Source: Antedon mediterranea
Lineage: Eukaryota; Animalia; Echinodermata
Assembly (NCBI RefSeq): GCF_964355755.1
Contig: NC_092672.1
Location: forward strand, 29,642,437-29,706,436
Length of the DNA stretch: 64,000 nucleotides
Reading direction: 5' to 3'
A program made the translations under genes and the position numbers. Below are positions 48,526 through 62,874 of this stretch, in pieces. The first letter of the stretch is position 1. The number at the start of each line of letters is the position of its first letter. The notes below the pieces were generated by a model. It was not told the origin of the DNA. It worked only from the letters and a program-made list of their open reading frames with translations, and searched no databases.

Positions 48526-49270
48526 CACAACAATGATAGTAATACAGAATAAATATGTGGACTGAATTAATTTCTAAGCCTATATGTTGGCAACAATAGT
48601 TCAGTTATACGTTTACCAAAGTTGTTCCAATTAAGGTTAACCAGTTAAGAAGATTGACCAGGCATGGTAGGTAGGGCTGCAGAATTTTGTTTAACGTAGA
48701 AGTGCTATTATAGTCTATTTTATATAACACCTAAATAAATTCCTGTCCTTTGATTGGACGATTGTGGGTCACATGGCGTGCAATAGTACCCACAATTAAA
48801 TGATCGTTTAATTGTACTTTTTAAACATTGTTGTGTACGGATAAAAAAAAATCTAGTGTACAAATTACTCTGAAATACAACAGCGCCACCTTTTGTCTTG
48901 CCTCAGTTTTGTTTATAAACACCAGCAGCAGATTATTGTGAACGATTTGGAGAGATATATAATTATTTACTAATTTCATTCAAAAAGGAATTTAAATTAA
49001 CTTTATTTAGATCGCTTTTAGGATTTTGATTTATTAATGGGAACATTTCTACAAGACGTGCACTCGTTGGAAAAAACATTATAAGCCCATGGAGGATCCT
49101 CCATGATTAGCCTAAATGAAAATGTAGGAATTGGCTAGGCCTACCTTTTATTTGATTCAAATGACAGGAATTTATTTAGGTATAAAACAATTAATGAATG
49201 TTTTATATTTATCTGATGTGGAATGGTGTCCGTGTTAGGCTCTTATGATTCCATGGCGGTTCTCTCTATC

Positions 49271-50126
49271 TGCTCCCCCAAACATCCCAACAATTTCCTG
49301 TTTTTGAAAAAAAAAACAAAGCGTCCGTTTACCAATCTATCAAAATAATAAATAGTCTAGCTTATTCCGAATTAGTAATTTGTACAACGAATTACAGTAA
49401 GTGTACTTATTTTAGGGTTTCGTACTGGATAGACCATTCAGTATACCAGCACTTTTAAACTTTGTTAATACGTTATTATACAAAGCAGAGGATTATATTA
49501 GCTAAGAAAATGGAAGATTTTACGACTAAAACATTACGTTTTTGTATCATATGTTGCTGCTTACATTCAATTTCGAGCATTGTCGAAATTAAATATTAAA
49601 AAAAATTGCATTTGTTACAAACGACTTTGACCTTGCATGTTCTTATAAATTCATATAGCGTCATCATAAATATTCAGAATCTATTTTTGGAAGCAACCTG
49701 ATCCAACACAAATAACAAGTAGCTTTGGTAATCTACGCAGTCATGAAAATATACCGAATCGGGACAATTTACTACTGTGCTAAAGTAAAAGATTGCACAG
49801 TCTTTTGGTTTTAGTATAAGCATCTAATTTTTTCACAACTTTTCCTTTACATTTATAAACATTTTTTTCCAGGATTTCCAAAGTTCACTTCTAGTCATCG
49901 CAGTACACAATATTTTTTTTACATTGATATTTATAGGCCTAATTTGAGTTTCATACCATGTTAGGGTCGAGTTGATCGATTAGTTTGTGGCCGAGGTGAC
50001 GCAGGGATGAGCTAACCTGGGCCGAATTGACATGGGGCTGAGTTGGAGCGAGGCCAAGTCGAGATAGTTCAGGACCGACTTGGATTGAATTCATTTGAAG
50101 TATTAATGCATTTATACAGATCATTT
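49271..50126 (+). repeat. ~860-bp dispersed direct repeat, copy 2 (copy 1 at 14680-15538)
   Basis: Collinear similarity to 14680-15538. Confidence 0.85.
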
Positions 50127-51963
50127 AGTGATTACAATCAATAAATCATTATCATGCAATTATCGTAATTACAAAAAAATAGGTATTAAATTTAAAAAAA
50201 TAAACAAAAAACGAACAAGAATTGAAACATGTAAAATAAAAAATGATCAAATCTGCCATTCCATTACGCGCACATAGAAGTACACAGATAGAACAAACAA
50301 AAACGCCATCTACGTTATTCAATCCCCCCCCCCCCACCATATTTTAGAGGTCAGAACCCCTTCCCTGTTTCCACATTAGTGGCTTAAGCTATCCGTTATT
50401 TGATCGAAGGAGAGGAGAGTTAGTAGTCATCGTCGTTGAGATAATTAACAAAGAACTTTGGTGGTAAAAATAGATATGAACATTTTAGCGGAGAAAAATG
50501 AGTTCATTTTCTTATTTACATTCGACCCACGCCTATGTAACAGAATAAGATTATTGATTACATAAACTTAACGTATAGTAATATAAATTATACATACCAA
50601 GTGAGCTTGATGAAAAAACATGTCACCATGTCAGACTTGTTGATTATGTTTAAGAGATAGAAAGCAATCAAACATTTTATAAGCAGGGGTCAGGTTTGAA
50701 ATCGCAAATTATCATCAGTGATCGCATTTTAACATTGCGTACCGGTATGCTACAATATTGACAAATACTTAGCGTAGCGATAAACAACCTACGTAGCAAA
50801 GTCCAGTGATTGTCTATGAATTTGCTTTAAATAAATTTATAGATCTGTAAAATATAATTATGCCTAGGACCCAATGGCTGTGTTTTGTCTTATTGAAATT
50901 AACAAACAATAATATTATATACACGAAATTGGGATACGTTTCCCTCTTTATATTCTTACAGCACACATGCATAGACTCTTGTCATTTGATTGCAGTATTG
51001 TCGGTTGATATCCAATAGTCATACTATTGAACTCTTACGTCAGAGTATTACTATTTATTTGTATATTAATTTATTCGTTTTGTAATTATTATGTCAAAGC
51101 GGAGAGAATGGTACGAGTAGGCCTAATGGTAGTTCGGGCGCAACCAGTGATAAAATCCATAGGATGAGGGGTGGGGTAATGCAACACTGCCATAAACGCT
51201 TGATTTGAATTGTTTTCAAACATTTCAGGTTCCCTTAGGGCTTTAGTGGCTTGGCCTATCAGTCATTGAAGGAAGGGGAGTAACTTTTGAGGTCGAGATT
51301 CTTCTTGTGGTACAACCATTGCTGTAGTTAAATTTGAGGGCAGTATGTATATATCAGGTCAGTTTATATAAGCCTGTAGGCCTAAGTTATTAACTCGCTG
51401 TTTCGTCACCCACAACAAATTATGCTATTAAGAGTTCACTGGGTCTCTGCACAAAATTATGTTATCACTCTTATCACTTCACTGTGTCGCCACACCAAAT
51501 TATGTTATCAAGAATTCACTGTGTACCCACACCAAATATATTAACAGATAAAAATACGATTGTTCACTCAATAAACACATTGATTGACTCTAATCGACAT
51601 ATAGCGTGACAACTAAATATTACAATAAATGACAATTTCACAAGATAATTGTCTGAACAAATTTGGAAGAAAACTGGACACCGTAGAAGCGTGCTGCATG
51701 CTCTTTTAAATGTGTATAACTTTGACGAAAGATATGGAGAAACTACTTGTTTAATATCAGCTGGCCATATGATATGATAACGTCAAAACATCCGAAAGGC
51801 ACAATTTTTAAACGAATTCATATTACCAATGCATAATGCAATAGTTTTAAACATGGGAATCACTTTGATTTTTAAAAGCTGTAATATATTAATATACGGT
51901 GTAGGTGAAAGTACGCGACACACGTTATTCAAATTCTTAAAGACGTGTTAAACCCATGAGTTA

Positions 51964-53401
51964 TCTATAATTTACGTAAGGGCAAAATTCGGTAAATCTC
52001 GGTTTATTTCTAAAATTTCTACTCGATGGTATATAAAGTTGGTTCGTACTTTCGGTACTGATTTTAACCATCTGATGTAACCCTGTTTACTAATTAAATT
52101 GAGTTAGGTAATTAGTTATTGACGATTAAAACGAATTTAGGTTCAACGATTTGCCCCAAATAGGGGTGTTTTCCGATCGTGGTATACACTGTCTAATGGA
52201 TGTCCATCTTGAAAAATACCCGCCACAATAATACGAGGAGGCTTCGCATTTTCCTATCTCCTCCTACGATAATTGTTTTTAATAGCTGAAAACTGGTTGA
52301 ACAGCTAGAGTACAGCATCATAATGTTGAAGACAGGCCGATTTTCTTTAAAAAATACTATTTTGATAGATTTAATATACGATTATACAAATGTATTGATT
52401 TGCGATGAATGGAACATTTCAATCTCTGTTTCACAAGTGTCTATTCCCTCAGGCGTCGTAAAGGCAAGTACAGTACTGTATACTCGAAATTCGATCCATT
52501 TTTGTTTTCAATCTGTGCTGCAGAGGTTGGATATAATTTTTTTTTAAACGGATAATGAGCTAGCGTTTTCACTCGCCGTATATTATGTACAAATCTTTAT
52601 TATTGCAGTTAAACCACCCACATCATCACCTTTCCCTCACTGGCATGAGTAGCGTTGTAAAACCAGTAGAGAATAGGCCTACGGTACATCACATGCCCTA
52701 AACGCAGAACAACTTTGGTGGGTAGGGTAGGAACCAACTTAAGTATGAATTGGCTCTAAGAAACAATTGAAAACCATTAGGCCTACTAATTAAGTTGAGT
52801 TAGATAATTTAATATTTATTGACGATTAAATCGAATTTATGATTTTCCCCGAATAGAGGTGGTTTTCACAAATTGTTTTACATTATATTATAAACATATA
52901 CACGTCGTAGTGATGTATCGTTACATGTGCTGTACTATTTCAATCGACTAGGACGGTGATAGTTTCAACAAAGTATTACATCGCAATGTTTTACTGTGTT
53001 TAGTGGTATATTATTTGTAAAACATGAAAGCAATTAATATTTCGTTACTAAATGGATAAAGAATATATTTTAACATTGTTCCTCTTTGCACCCATCCTCT
53101 TCCCCATCCCTCAACCCTAATGTTACATACAAAACACAAATTAAGTTTGTTTAAATTTGACTTAAACAATTGGTCTTATTTTGTGACAAGTTTCTCTTTC
53201 GGAAGTAATAGGGTGCTAATTTTAGTTGAGTACATAAATCACAGTGTCTATTTATTCGTTCCTGTACACGACATGTATTATTGTCCTGCGGTACGTACAT
53301 TTGAAATCGCCAGTTTTTTAACGCTGAAATTATTATGTATTCGAGAACCATCTGTGGGCACGACCTAGATGGTACGCGAGCGAAGCGAGCGTACCATCTA
53401 G
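51964..53401 (+). mobile_element. Non-autonomous Helitron, copy 1 of a tandem dimer
   Basis: A|TC start; 3' hairpin ctagatggtacgc..gcgtaccatctag ending in CTAG. Confidence 0.85.
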
Positions 53402-54583
53402 TCTATATATAAATTTACGTAAGGGCAAAATTCGGTAAATCGCGCCTTACTTTTAGAATTTTTACTCGATGGTATGTAAAGTTGGTTCGTACTTTCGGTA
53501 CTGATTTTAACCACCTGATGTAACCCTGTTTACTAATTAAATTAAGTTAGATAATTAGTTATTGACGATTAAAACGAATTTAGGTTCAACGATTTGCCCC
53601 AGATAGGGGTGTTTTCCGATCGTGGTATACACTGTCTAATGGATGTCCATCTTGAAAAATACCCGCCACAAAAATGCGAGGAGGCTTCGCATTTTCCTAT
53701 CTCCTCCTACGATAATTGTTTTTAATAGCTGAAAACCGGTTGAACAGCTCGAGTACAGTATCATAATGTTGAAGACAGGCCGATTTTCTTAAAAAAATAC
53801 TATTTTGATAGATTTAATATACGTTTATACAAATGTATTGATTTGCGATGAATGGAACATTCCAATCTCTGTGTCGTTCCACAAGTGTCTATTCCCTCAG
53901 GCATCGTAAAGGAAAGTACTGTATGCTTATAACAGAAATTCGATCCATTTTTTTTTTCAATCTGTGCTGCAGAGGTTGGATATAATTTTTTTTAAACGGA
54001 TAATGAGCTAGCGTTTTCAGTCGCCGTAATTTAATATTTATTACCGATTAAATCGAATTTATGATTTGCCCCGAATAGAGGTGGTTTTCACAAATTGTTT
54101 AACATTATATATAAACATACGTCGTAGTGTATCGTTACATGTACTGTACTATTTCAATCGACTACGACGGTGATAGTTTCAACAAAGTATTACATCGCAA
54201 TGTTTTACTGTGTTTAGTGGTATATTATTTGTAAAACATGTTAATTAATATTTTGTTCCTCTTTGCACCCATCCTCTTCCCCATCTCTCAACCATAATGT
54301 TACATACAAAACACAAATTAAGTTTGTTTAAATTTGACTTAAACAATTGGTCTCATTTTGTGACAACTTTCTCTTTCGGAAGTAATTCCCAGTGTGCTAA
54401 TTTTAGTTGAGTACATAAATCACAGTGTCTATTTAATCGTTCCTGTAAACGACATATATTATTGTCCTGCATTATTGTACATTTGAAATCGCCAGTTTTT
54501 TAACGCTGAAATCACTGTGTATTCGAGAACCATCTGTGGGCACGACCTAGATGGTACGCGAGCGATGCGAGCGTACCATCTAG
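53402..54583 (+). mobile_element. Non-autonomous Helitron, copy 2 of a tandem dimer
   Basis: TC start directly after copy 1; same 3' hairpin and CTAG|T end; lacks the segment at ~52581-52805. Confidence 0.85.
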
Positions 54584-55789
54584 TTATTTACAATGACAAT
54601 CATGGTAATTGCATTTAGGCCTATCAAACTGCCATACACGTTTAATTTAATTCCCCAACATTTTAGGGGGTGGGGTAAGGACATCCCCTTGCGTTCGTGG
54701 ACATTAGTTGCTTGATTAAGTATTCATCGGAGTAAGGGGTTATAGATGTCGTCGTCGAGAGGGCAGTAGGAGGTCAGTTCGCATGGTTATCGAGTCACTG
54801 TCACCAACAACAAATCATGTTATCGGGAGTCACAGTGTGTACAGTTTACATAAGGAACGATTTGCATTACACAATGATTGACTCTAATCAACATATAGCG
54901 TTTGGGTGTACGTGACAATATATGATAGCAAAAATAATATAAATGTAGATAAATAATATATTGCCAAAGGGACAGTAACCTATCTGTACCAGTATGTTCC
55001 ACATCACATCAACATAGACAGCGCTAACTGGTTAAACGTAAGGGGCCCAGAGCATGAGCAGCCCAATGCAACTTACGCAGAGTTGGAAAGCACCTTAGGA
55101 GTACTAAACAATCAAACCCCCTTCCCTTCCCTTTCCCCCCGTCCCACACTTCCCACAACCTGCATTACGCCACTTTTCACATTGGTTTCCCATAGGAGGA
55201 CGCAACGCAAAACGTAGACGCACCGTATCGACGGAAAGTGCGTTTATGCTTAGTTCTCAATAGATATATGCGCGTTGTTAAGGGGCGTGGAACTGATCGT
55301 GTCGCAGCCACAGATAAAACTATTGATCTCTGGAGCTCAGCATCATGTTGTTAGATTGCATTAAAGTAAACTGTTTATACTTTTTATTATTATCAAAATA
55401 TTATTATTATTTATGTTTTCATCTTCAAATCCTTCTCTACGCATGCGTATAACCTAACCTTTTACTTCCCGCAAACAAATTCGCCTAGTGGAAAATTGTC
55501 TTCACTAGGCGAATATAATCTCTTCTACTGAATGTTTGCTTTGTTACATCAAAACACATAATTTTGTTCATTGATTTTATTTACTTACTTTTATTTATGC
55601 CCTTTGGATGTGTTTTCTACTACTATTTTTACCTTCTTATTTTAGTGTTTTGTTTTTGTTGTCTTGTTTTGCCTTGATATGCTTGGTCCTTCAAGCTGTG
55701 ACCTGGGATGTTTTGTTACATTCTTATGTTTATATGATATGATTAAACTTATAACTATAACATCTTTTAAGATTTAAAAATCTTTAATA

Positions 55790-56045
55790 TTGGATCACCT
55801 GATCTACTACTGGAATTTATGGCGAGAAAGATGAAGCAGTATTATTAAACAAAGATTGGTTCACAGATAACAAAACTTTATGAAGACAGAGGCCCAACCT
55901 TTACATTGGCTTTCTATGCTTTCATGATTAACCATTTAAATAATTCTAGTCTTCTGTTATGTTATGTTTTGTAACATATCAAAATTTGAAATATAATATC
56001 GTATTTACAGAAGAAGAACTTTCAACTGTAAATGGAATAGATCTT
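55790..56045 (+). pseudogene. Decayed paralog of the LamG-like exon at 60894-61508
   Basis: actactggaatttatggcgagaaagatgaagcagtatt...ggcccaacctttacattggctttctatgctttcatg aligns with ~61004-61127, with indels. Confidence 0.8.
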
Positions 56046-56049
56046 ATGT

Positions 56050-56280
56050 GGTCATCTGAAGCAGAGTTTTCAACTGGTGATGCATCTTGATGTAAGTCTG
56101 GAGAAAGTTAGAACTGTTTTCCATGCAGGTGCAATTGTACACAATGCAATCAAAGAAGCTATAAGTATGAGTTGTTGGCCTGCAACATCCCAGGATATAA
56201 ATCTGAATGAAGCGATAGAGGTGATTCCATTCCACCTACAATTTAATAGCATAGTGCATTGGCGCCACAGTTGAACCAAA
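56050..56280 (+). mobile_element. Possible fragment of a large DNA-transposon (Academ-like) protein
   Basis: AGAIVHNAIKE..CWPATSQDINLNEAIEVIPFHL resembles the WP..DL..IP..L motif of such transposases (recalled). Confidence 0.35.
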
Positions 56281-58596
56281 CACGGTAAATTATGTTGATG
56301 TAAGCCCTGAGAACCATGTTAAAATTGTATCAATTTGCCAGGACATTGTTAACTTAACATCGAAAGGAAAAAAACAAACTCCATAGTCTTTTGGATAATA
56401 GGTAATACAGTAGTATAAGAAACAGGACAAAGAGAATGTATGTAAATTGTAATGTAAATAAAGTAACGTCCGTGTTGAGTTACATTGTATTATATGTTGC
56501 AATATTTAAAAAGATCAATTAACTGTAATAATAAAGCAGTTAAAATTAACTGTTAGGTCTAATAATAAAGCAGTTGCTTTTCCTCGTATAACCGTATAGA
56601 CTGTCGCCAAGCAGCCCGTATCCATGAAAACTTCTGTAGCAAAATTGTAATTGAGGGCGTCATCAAATTGTATGGAAAAGCCAATGCAAACAACATTTAA
56701 AAATAACAATAGGGTTGTCCCAAAAGATGGTTTCTACTATAATGTATTCCTTCTTATACGCACAATATCCTCCCGTTATCAGCTTCTCTCTTTTCATACC
56801 ATAGCCGATCGACCATCAACTCAATTTTACGGGAAATGCTAATTTATGCGGGCGGTAGTCTTGGAATAGTCTACCTGTGGAAATAAAACATGCTAACACA
56901 ACCACCCTTATTTCAACAGCTTTTAAAAACTCATCTTTTCAACAAATATTTTTACCCTCGATAAACCATTTTCAATCGTTGAGATCCTTATATATCTTTT
57001 GGCTTGTCACTCTCATTGTTTTTTAATTGCTCTTTTTATTTTATTTATTTCATGGATTATTCTGTTTTGAGTTCTGTTGTAGAATATAATATTAACTACA
57101 TTTAATAAAAATATAGTAAATACGTCATTATTGAGAGGCTGTAGCTAATTAGAATACGAAAATCCATCGAGATCAATGGCCATTTTTGAAATTTAGAGAA
57201 GTCTTATGCGTTGCTGATGTCAAAGTTCAATAATCCAAGAACAAAAAATTAAAATAGTTACTCAATTATTTAGTGAAGCATCTATTCAGTGAATTTAGTG
57301 ACTGCGGAAGATTCTAAATCTCATCTGCCGGAACGCCTCTTTAGTTTGCGCATGCGCATTTAATTCCTATAAGTAAACTATCTTAAACGTTGAGGGCACT
57401 TTTGGAACGTGGTTCCTCCAAGGTCACTGCTTTTTTTTTCTCAATTATGTATTTAAATAGTTAATTAATATTCATTCAGTACTACCGGTAATCTATAGTT
57501 TGGCCTAAAATTATTAAAAATTCACATTTTTATGATCAAATTTTGTTCAATACAAATTTAAATTATCTCTTATATTTGTTAACGCAAATCATGCATTCAC
57601 ACGTTTGTATTGTTTGAGTGTTACATTACAAATTGTTTGAATATGTATACAAGCGTAGTAGGATTACAATGTCAGTTTATTAAGAGAAAGAAAGTAAACA
57701 TACATAAGTATGAAGAAGTAACAAGTCAATCCGTTTTACAAGATAAAAACTGAATCGAACTCATGATGTATTTGTTTATTTTTTTTGTTTTCTTTTTAAC
57801 TTTTTGAATTCTCATGCGGTTGAGTTTATTCTTTCTTTTTTTTTCAAATAGGTAGTCCTAAAATAACAATTTTGAAATGCTGTGATAGGCCAACTTGATA
57901 TGCATTCTTACATCTTCAGATTGGTATTTTGTGCATTTCAGTCAAAAAGAAACTTGTATATATATTTTTTTAATGCATTAAAGCACAGTAAACATATATT
58001 TAAAAACACTGACTAATTCATAAAACGATTCCAAATTCAATTACAATATTTATGAGAATAGTAAATAATGTATTTAAAAACATTAGGCCTAATTCATATA
58101 GCAAAATATAATATTTATGAGAATATTTATTTTGGTCGGTTTGAAAAATGTATGTAAATATTATTATGATATTTGCGCTCTATATGAATATAGTTCTTTG
58201 AATACAAAGAGAATGAAAAAAAAGGTCTTCATAATTCTAGATTCTAATTTTCTTTATTAAAAATAAATAATGCGTAAACATTTTGGTATGTATGGTACAT
58301 GAAGTACAATTTTTAACAAACGTATTTGAAAGAATCATAAAACTAATAATAAATTTAAGATTTATAGTTAATAGAATAGAATTTTGGAACGACGATAAAG
58401 GCATCATGCACATATCGCTTCTTTTTAAAGAATCATTATTTATAACCAATTAAATCAAAATATTAGATTTCTAAATAATTTATATAAGTGTTTATACTAA
58501 TATAATACTTATACTATTATTATACTCATATATGTACTATACTCCATAGCTCGTTGACAAATCTACACTTTGTAATAAAATAAAATTTTATTTCAG

Positions 58597-58698
58597 CACT
58601 CATATCTTATGGAAAGCCAGCAACATCATTGTCTGTATATCAACGTTCTAAACCTGTATATTCGACTGACGGGAATGAAAGAACCTGTTTCCATTCAG
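58597..58698 (+). CDS. Lectin gene exon: F-type lectin/F5-8C N-terminal part (LISYGKPATSLS..STDGNERTCFHS)
   Basis: tttcag| acceptor, |gtgata donor, 102 bp, phase 1/1; GKPA and DGN..CxH motifs. Confidence 0.8.
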
Positions 58699-59102
58699 GT
58701 GATATACAGTCTAGACCACCGTAATCTAAATAAATAATTATGTACAGCGATCCATGGTTATACCACGGAGAAATAAGTTATATTTCTCCATTTCTTCCAT
58801 ACAAAATTCGTATAGGTTAGGCCTATGTGGTATGCGCCAGATAAAAATTGATACAAAAGCCAACAAAGGGATTTGGCGTTTTTCATCGATTTTGGCATAA
58901 AACTCATTCCATAACAGGTTCAGCTATTTAGGTGTCAAGAATTGCAATTGTAGGAAATTTTATTTTCAGGCTATACTGGGCCACATAGTACGGCGAATAT
59001 GTACTATTGGCGTTACCGCCTTGGCTATACGCTATTTAGGATTATATAACCTTACGGAAAGAGATACAAATCCATAACATAATATATTTACATTTGTTAA
59101 AG

Positions 59103-59186
59103 CAAAAACACGGATTGGTGAATGGCTGAAAGTTGATCTTGGAGCAAACTATACGATTACAACAGTGGTCGTCATTAATAGAATAA
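59103..59186 (+). CDS. Lectin gene exon (AKTRIGEWLKVDLGANYTITTVVVINRI)
   Basis: WLKVDLG..I..V...NR hallmark; 84 bp, phase 1/1; ag| and |gtaaac boundaries. Confidence 0.85.
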
Positions 59187-60141
59187 GTAAACTTTTTTAT
59201 CGTAATTATTAATGTCATTTTCACCTTTCATTCCACGTACAATTGTTATTTGTATACTTATTTTAACCTATCATTTTACCTAATAATATATAAATTTATT
59301 TAACATATTATAAAATAATAAATAAATATATAAAACAAATTATTGCTTTATATATTTGCACATTCTACCAAAGTAGTCAAGAAAACTAATCCGATAAACA
59401 AAACAAAAAATACCATATCTAGACAAAACTCCACATAACTGCTTTCCGTTTACTATAGTACATAACTCACATTAATTTGTTTGTTAGTTATGTGAGCGTC
59501 TCACTAGACAATACAAATCAGTAAAGTGAGACGGACGCATTTTGTATATTTGTACTCTATGAAATGATGACTGTGTCTTTCTAAAACGAATTTGTTGTTA
59601 TTGTTGTTGTTGTTGTTGCTGTTGTTGTCGTCTAACCCCTGTCGCCGAATAATGGACCAGAATTCAAACTTTTGGCTTTATAAAATTGTTTTTTTTTCTC
59701 TTTGTCTCTTATAGCCCGCTTTTATTCATTCTTTCCTGCATATCCTCTTAAACAATAATGTACTGTATAACATAATAATTAGAATCTCGTTTCCTTTATA
59801 TAAACCATTATTATCTAATATATTTAACGTTTGTCCTCTTAAATGCTTTATGTTAATTTCTGAAGAAACAAGACATAGGCCTATTCAAATTATGTGTCAA
59901 ATTTATCAACAATTCATGACCCAAGAACATGGGTGGATTAGTATACTTTATGATGTTTCATTCCTTAACCAGTAAAACCATTTTGTCAATGGATTCTGGT
60001 CAACTGTGCCGCAGTTATTATCGATCGTTACGGTATCATTATCGATATTGATGTCACTATCAGTATTTATATCAATATTATTATGATCATCATTACCTAA
60101 ATCTTACGTACATCTTAACTTAATTAAATATTCATAAACAG

Positions 60142-60381
60142 CTGTAGCTTATTATAACAAACGAATTGCTGGTGCTGTGGTAACTATTAAAACGGATGAT
60201 ATGAGTACACAAACCACGTGTGGTCATACTGTAACAATTGCCGATTCGTTACGCGCTCCATTGATTGAATTTACCTGCAACCCACAAATCAGAGGACGCT
60301 ACGTGAAACTATGGTTTCCGAATAAAAAGGAAGCCCTTACCATTTGTGACATTAAGGTCTACACAGATGATTTAAGCAAAG
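60142..60381 (+). CDS. Lectin gene exon: F-type lectin C-terminal part (..KRI..CG..C..RGRYVKL..LTICDIKVY)
   Basis: GRYV and LTICxxKV motifs; 240 bp, phase 1/1; |gtaagt donor. Confidence 0.88.
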
Positions 60382-60893
60382 GTAAGTTGTTAAATAAGCC
60401 TGTTTTTTTTTTATAGTAGGTCTATTATTTTTACTTACTTATTTTCTTTGTTTAATTGCCCGATATAATGACATCTACACCAGTTTAAAGTTTTCTTCCT
60501 GGATTATTTTTTTTGATATACAAAAAGGCAATGTCTATTTTCTGGAAAATCGATATAGGCCTATTGGTGATGTCACAGAAGTGAAAAATGGAGTATCTGA
60601 ATCTTTAATAAGGGATCGAAATATTAAATAGCGTGCCCTCCTTTGATCTCCTCTTTTGTCAAGCGCTTAACTTATCTTTGTATTATTTCTTTTTCAGTTT
60701 TAATAATTTTGTTATACTCATGTACGGAAAGCCAATGTACAGAAACGAGAGTGGGAAAAGATTTTGCACCATTACAAAAATTGTATAACTTAATATAATC
60801 TGTTAATAAACACAGAAAACAGTTAATTTTTGTTCATATGAACTCCAAAGTAGCCTATTCTACGTGGGTCATTTGATGTTCTAAATTTTACAG

Positions 60894-61508
60894 AGCCTCA
60901 GTGTGCGACTCCAATTCAAGTCAGTCCATTGAACAAGACTTACCATTTACAAGACATATCTGGCAACATCAATTACTTAAATGGCTCATCGAATCTAGAA
61001 TTTACTACTGGGATTTATGGCGAGCATGATGAAGCAGTATTGATAAACCGAGATATTGGTTCGCAAATAACATTACTCTATGGACACAAAGGCCCAACTT
61101 TTACTTTAGCTTTCTATGTTTTCATGAAAGCCGGTTCAAAAAAGGCCTTCGTTTATTCCGACGCATTTGAAATCATATTTGCGTTTCCCGTTAATAAACT
61201 ATTGCGCGTGTCGGAAATAGCGGTTAATTACAACGTGTATGGCGAGGTTATTCGTTGCCATGCCTTGCGTTCTAAAGAGTGGACATTCTTTGCTCTTACT
61301 TTCAACGGATTCGAAAGAAAAATACGACTTTGGCGAAACGGAGAGATTGCTTGTATGGTTGATACGGAATTCTCGGAAATCAACTTTGGAAGCATTGTGT
61401 TTGGTGGGGACAAGAGTGTAATGAAGATGGCCAAGCTACAGGTCTACCGTGAGAGCCTTGATGAATATGAGATAAAAGAAGCGAGAGACCTGTACAATGT
61501 TATTAAGA
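60894..61508 (+). CDS. Lectin gene exon: LamG/concanavalin-A-like domain
   Basis: PLN..DISGN, FTLAFYV, EWTFFALTF..IRLWRNG, LQVYRESL..EI; 615 bp, phase 1/1; cag| and |gtaag boundaries. Confidence 0.88.
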
Positions 61509-61607
61509 GTAAGAATTATTGTCTTTAGTAAATAGACATACACATCAGTTAATGATTATGATTATCAGTTGAAATCATTGTAATCATCACCATAATCACT
61601 ATCAGTG

Positions 61608-61609
<2 letters not shown>

Positions 61610-61643
<34 letters not shown>
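61610..61643. repeat. (CAT)n microsatellite
   Basis: Read directly from the sequence. Confidence 0.95.
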
Positions 61644-61644
<1 letters not shown>

Positions 61645-61881
61645 AAACGTATTCATTTTATCTATTGTTTTTTTATCGTTATTATCAACATATATATTCA
61701 TTGTATTCTTGTTGTTTCTGGTGTTTGAGTCATAACTCCTTTTATGTATATTTTTTTATCCTTTCTAAAATTCGTACTATAGTTTATAGTAAGGTATTTT
61801 ATAATAACAATGCCGTTTTTACTGTCGCTTTTGTCTTTTTATTCTGATTTATAAGTAATATACATTTTTATTATTTTGCAG

Positions 61882-62129
61882 GTGATGAATGCTCGAAACC
61901 AAACCTTTTCCACGTCCACGTTTCCACAACTGGAAATGCACCACCATCGGTTATAAGCCGTTCTTCTACACACTCGGAGGTCTTCTGCGTATTGAGATGT
62001 CGCAGAAACATAAATTGTTTTGGAATTATTTATAATCACGAAACAAAAGGCTGTGAAGAATTTAACGGAAATAATTTGTCAAATATTGAGACAGATTTGA
62101 TTCGCAAGTACTACGTAGCAGTCCGGTAA
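61882..62129 (+). CDS. Lectin gene last exon: PAN/Apple-like domain
   Basis: ttttgcag| acceptor; SEVFCVLRCRRNINCFGIIYNHETKGC cysteine pattern; TAA at 62127-62129. Confidence 0.8.
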
Positions 62130-62874
62130 ACTGATTGCAAGTTTAAAAGTGTGATTTATTAAAATGGGGTAAAAGCTACATGGCTTTCTCCCTCCCTAAA
62201 ATATATTGTGCGAAAAAGTACATAGTAATTTCATTTACTATTTTAAAATATTTCGAACGCGGCAGCATTGATACAAATCAAAATTGACTTGGAAAATAAA
62301 ACATCACAGATCGCTTTATATTACCGATACCGATTTTATTTAATATTTGGGAAAAAATCTGTCAAAAGATTATTCAATTAAATTATTAAAATATGTTCTT
62401 ACTCAGGCAATTATCTTTTGATGACGTCATCACATCTACAAATTTGATTGACCTTGGCAACGTTATGTCACGTGTATTTTGTATAGAAATCTTATTATTA
62501 TGAATGGTCCGGTTTATTATTCTACGTGTCATTTAAAGTATATTGCGCCCACTTTCTCTCTTAAAGAAAGATTTATTTTAAGAGGTTAATTAATGACATT
62601 TTAAAAATAGCAGAATTGTATTCATCATCAGCAAAAAATAAATAAATAAATAAATAAATAAATACCTAATCTGGCATGAAGAAATAGGATTAGATTGTAT
62701 TATGCTGGACTCTAACTAAATACAGTTTTAAAAATAAAACTAATAAAACAAGAAGACATAGGCTTAATAAAATGATAATAATAAATAAATAATAAAATCA
62801 TAATAAAAATATAATAATAAAACCAATAAATATGCTGTACTGTGGGTATCAGTGGCTGGATCTCAATGGCATTT

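Noticed and set aside
57814-58285. First (signal-peptide) exon of the lectin gene
   Set aside because: Candidate ATGs at 57814, 57900, 58213 and 58270 either have the wrong phase, hit stops or lack a hydrophobic core.
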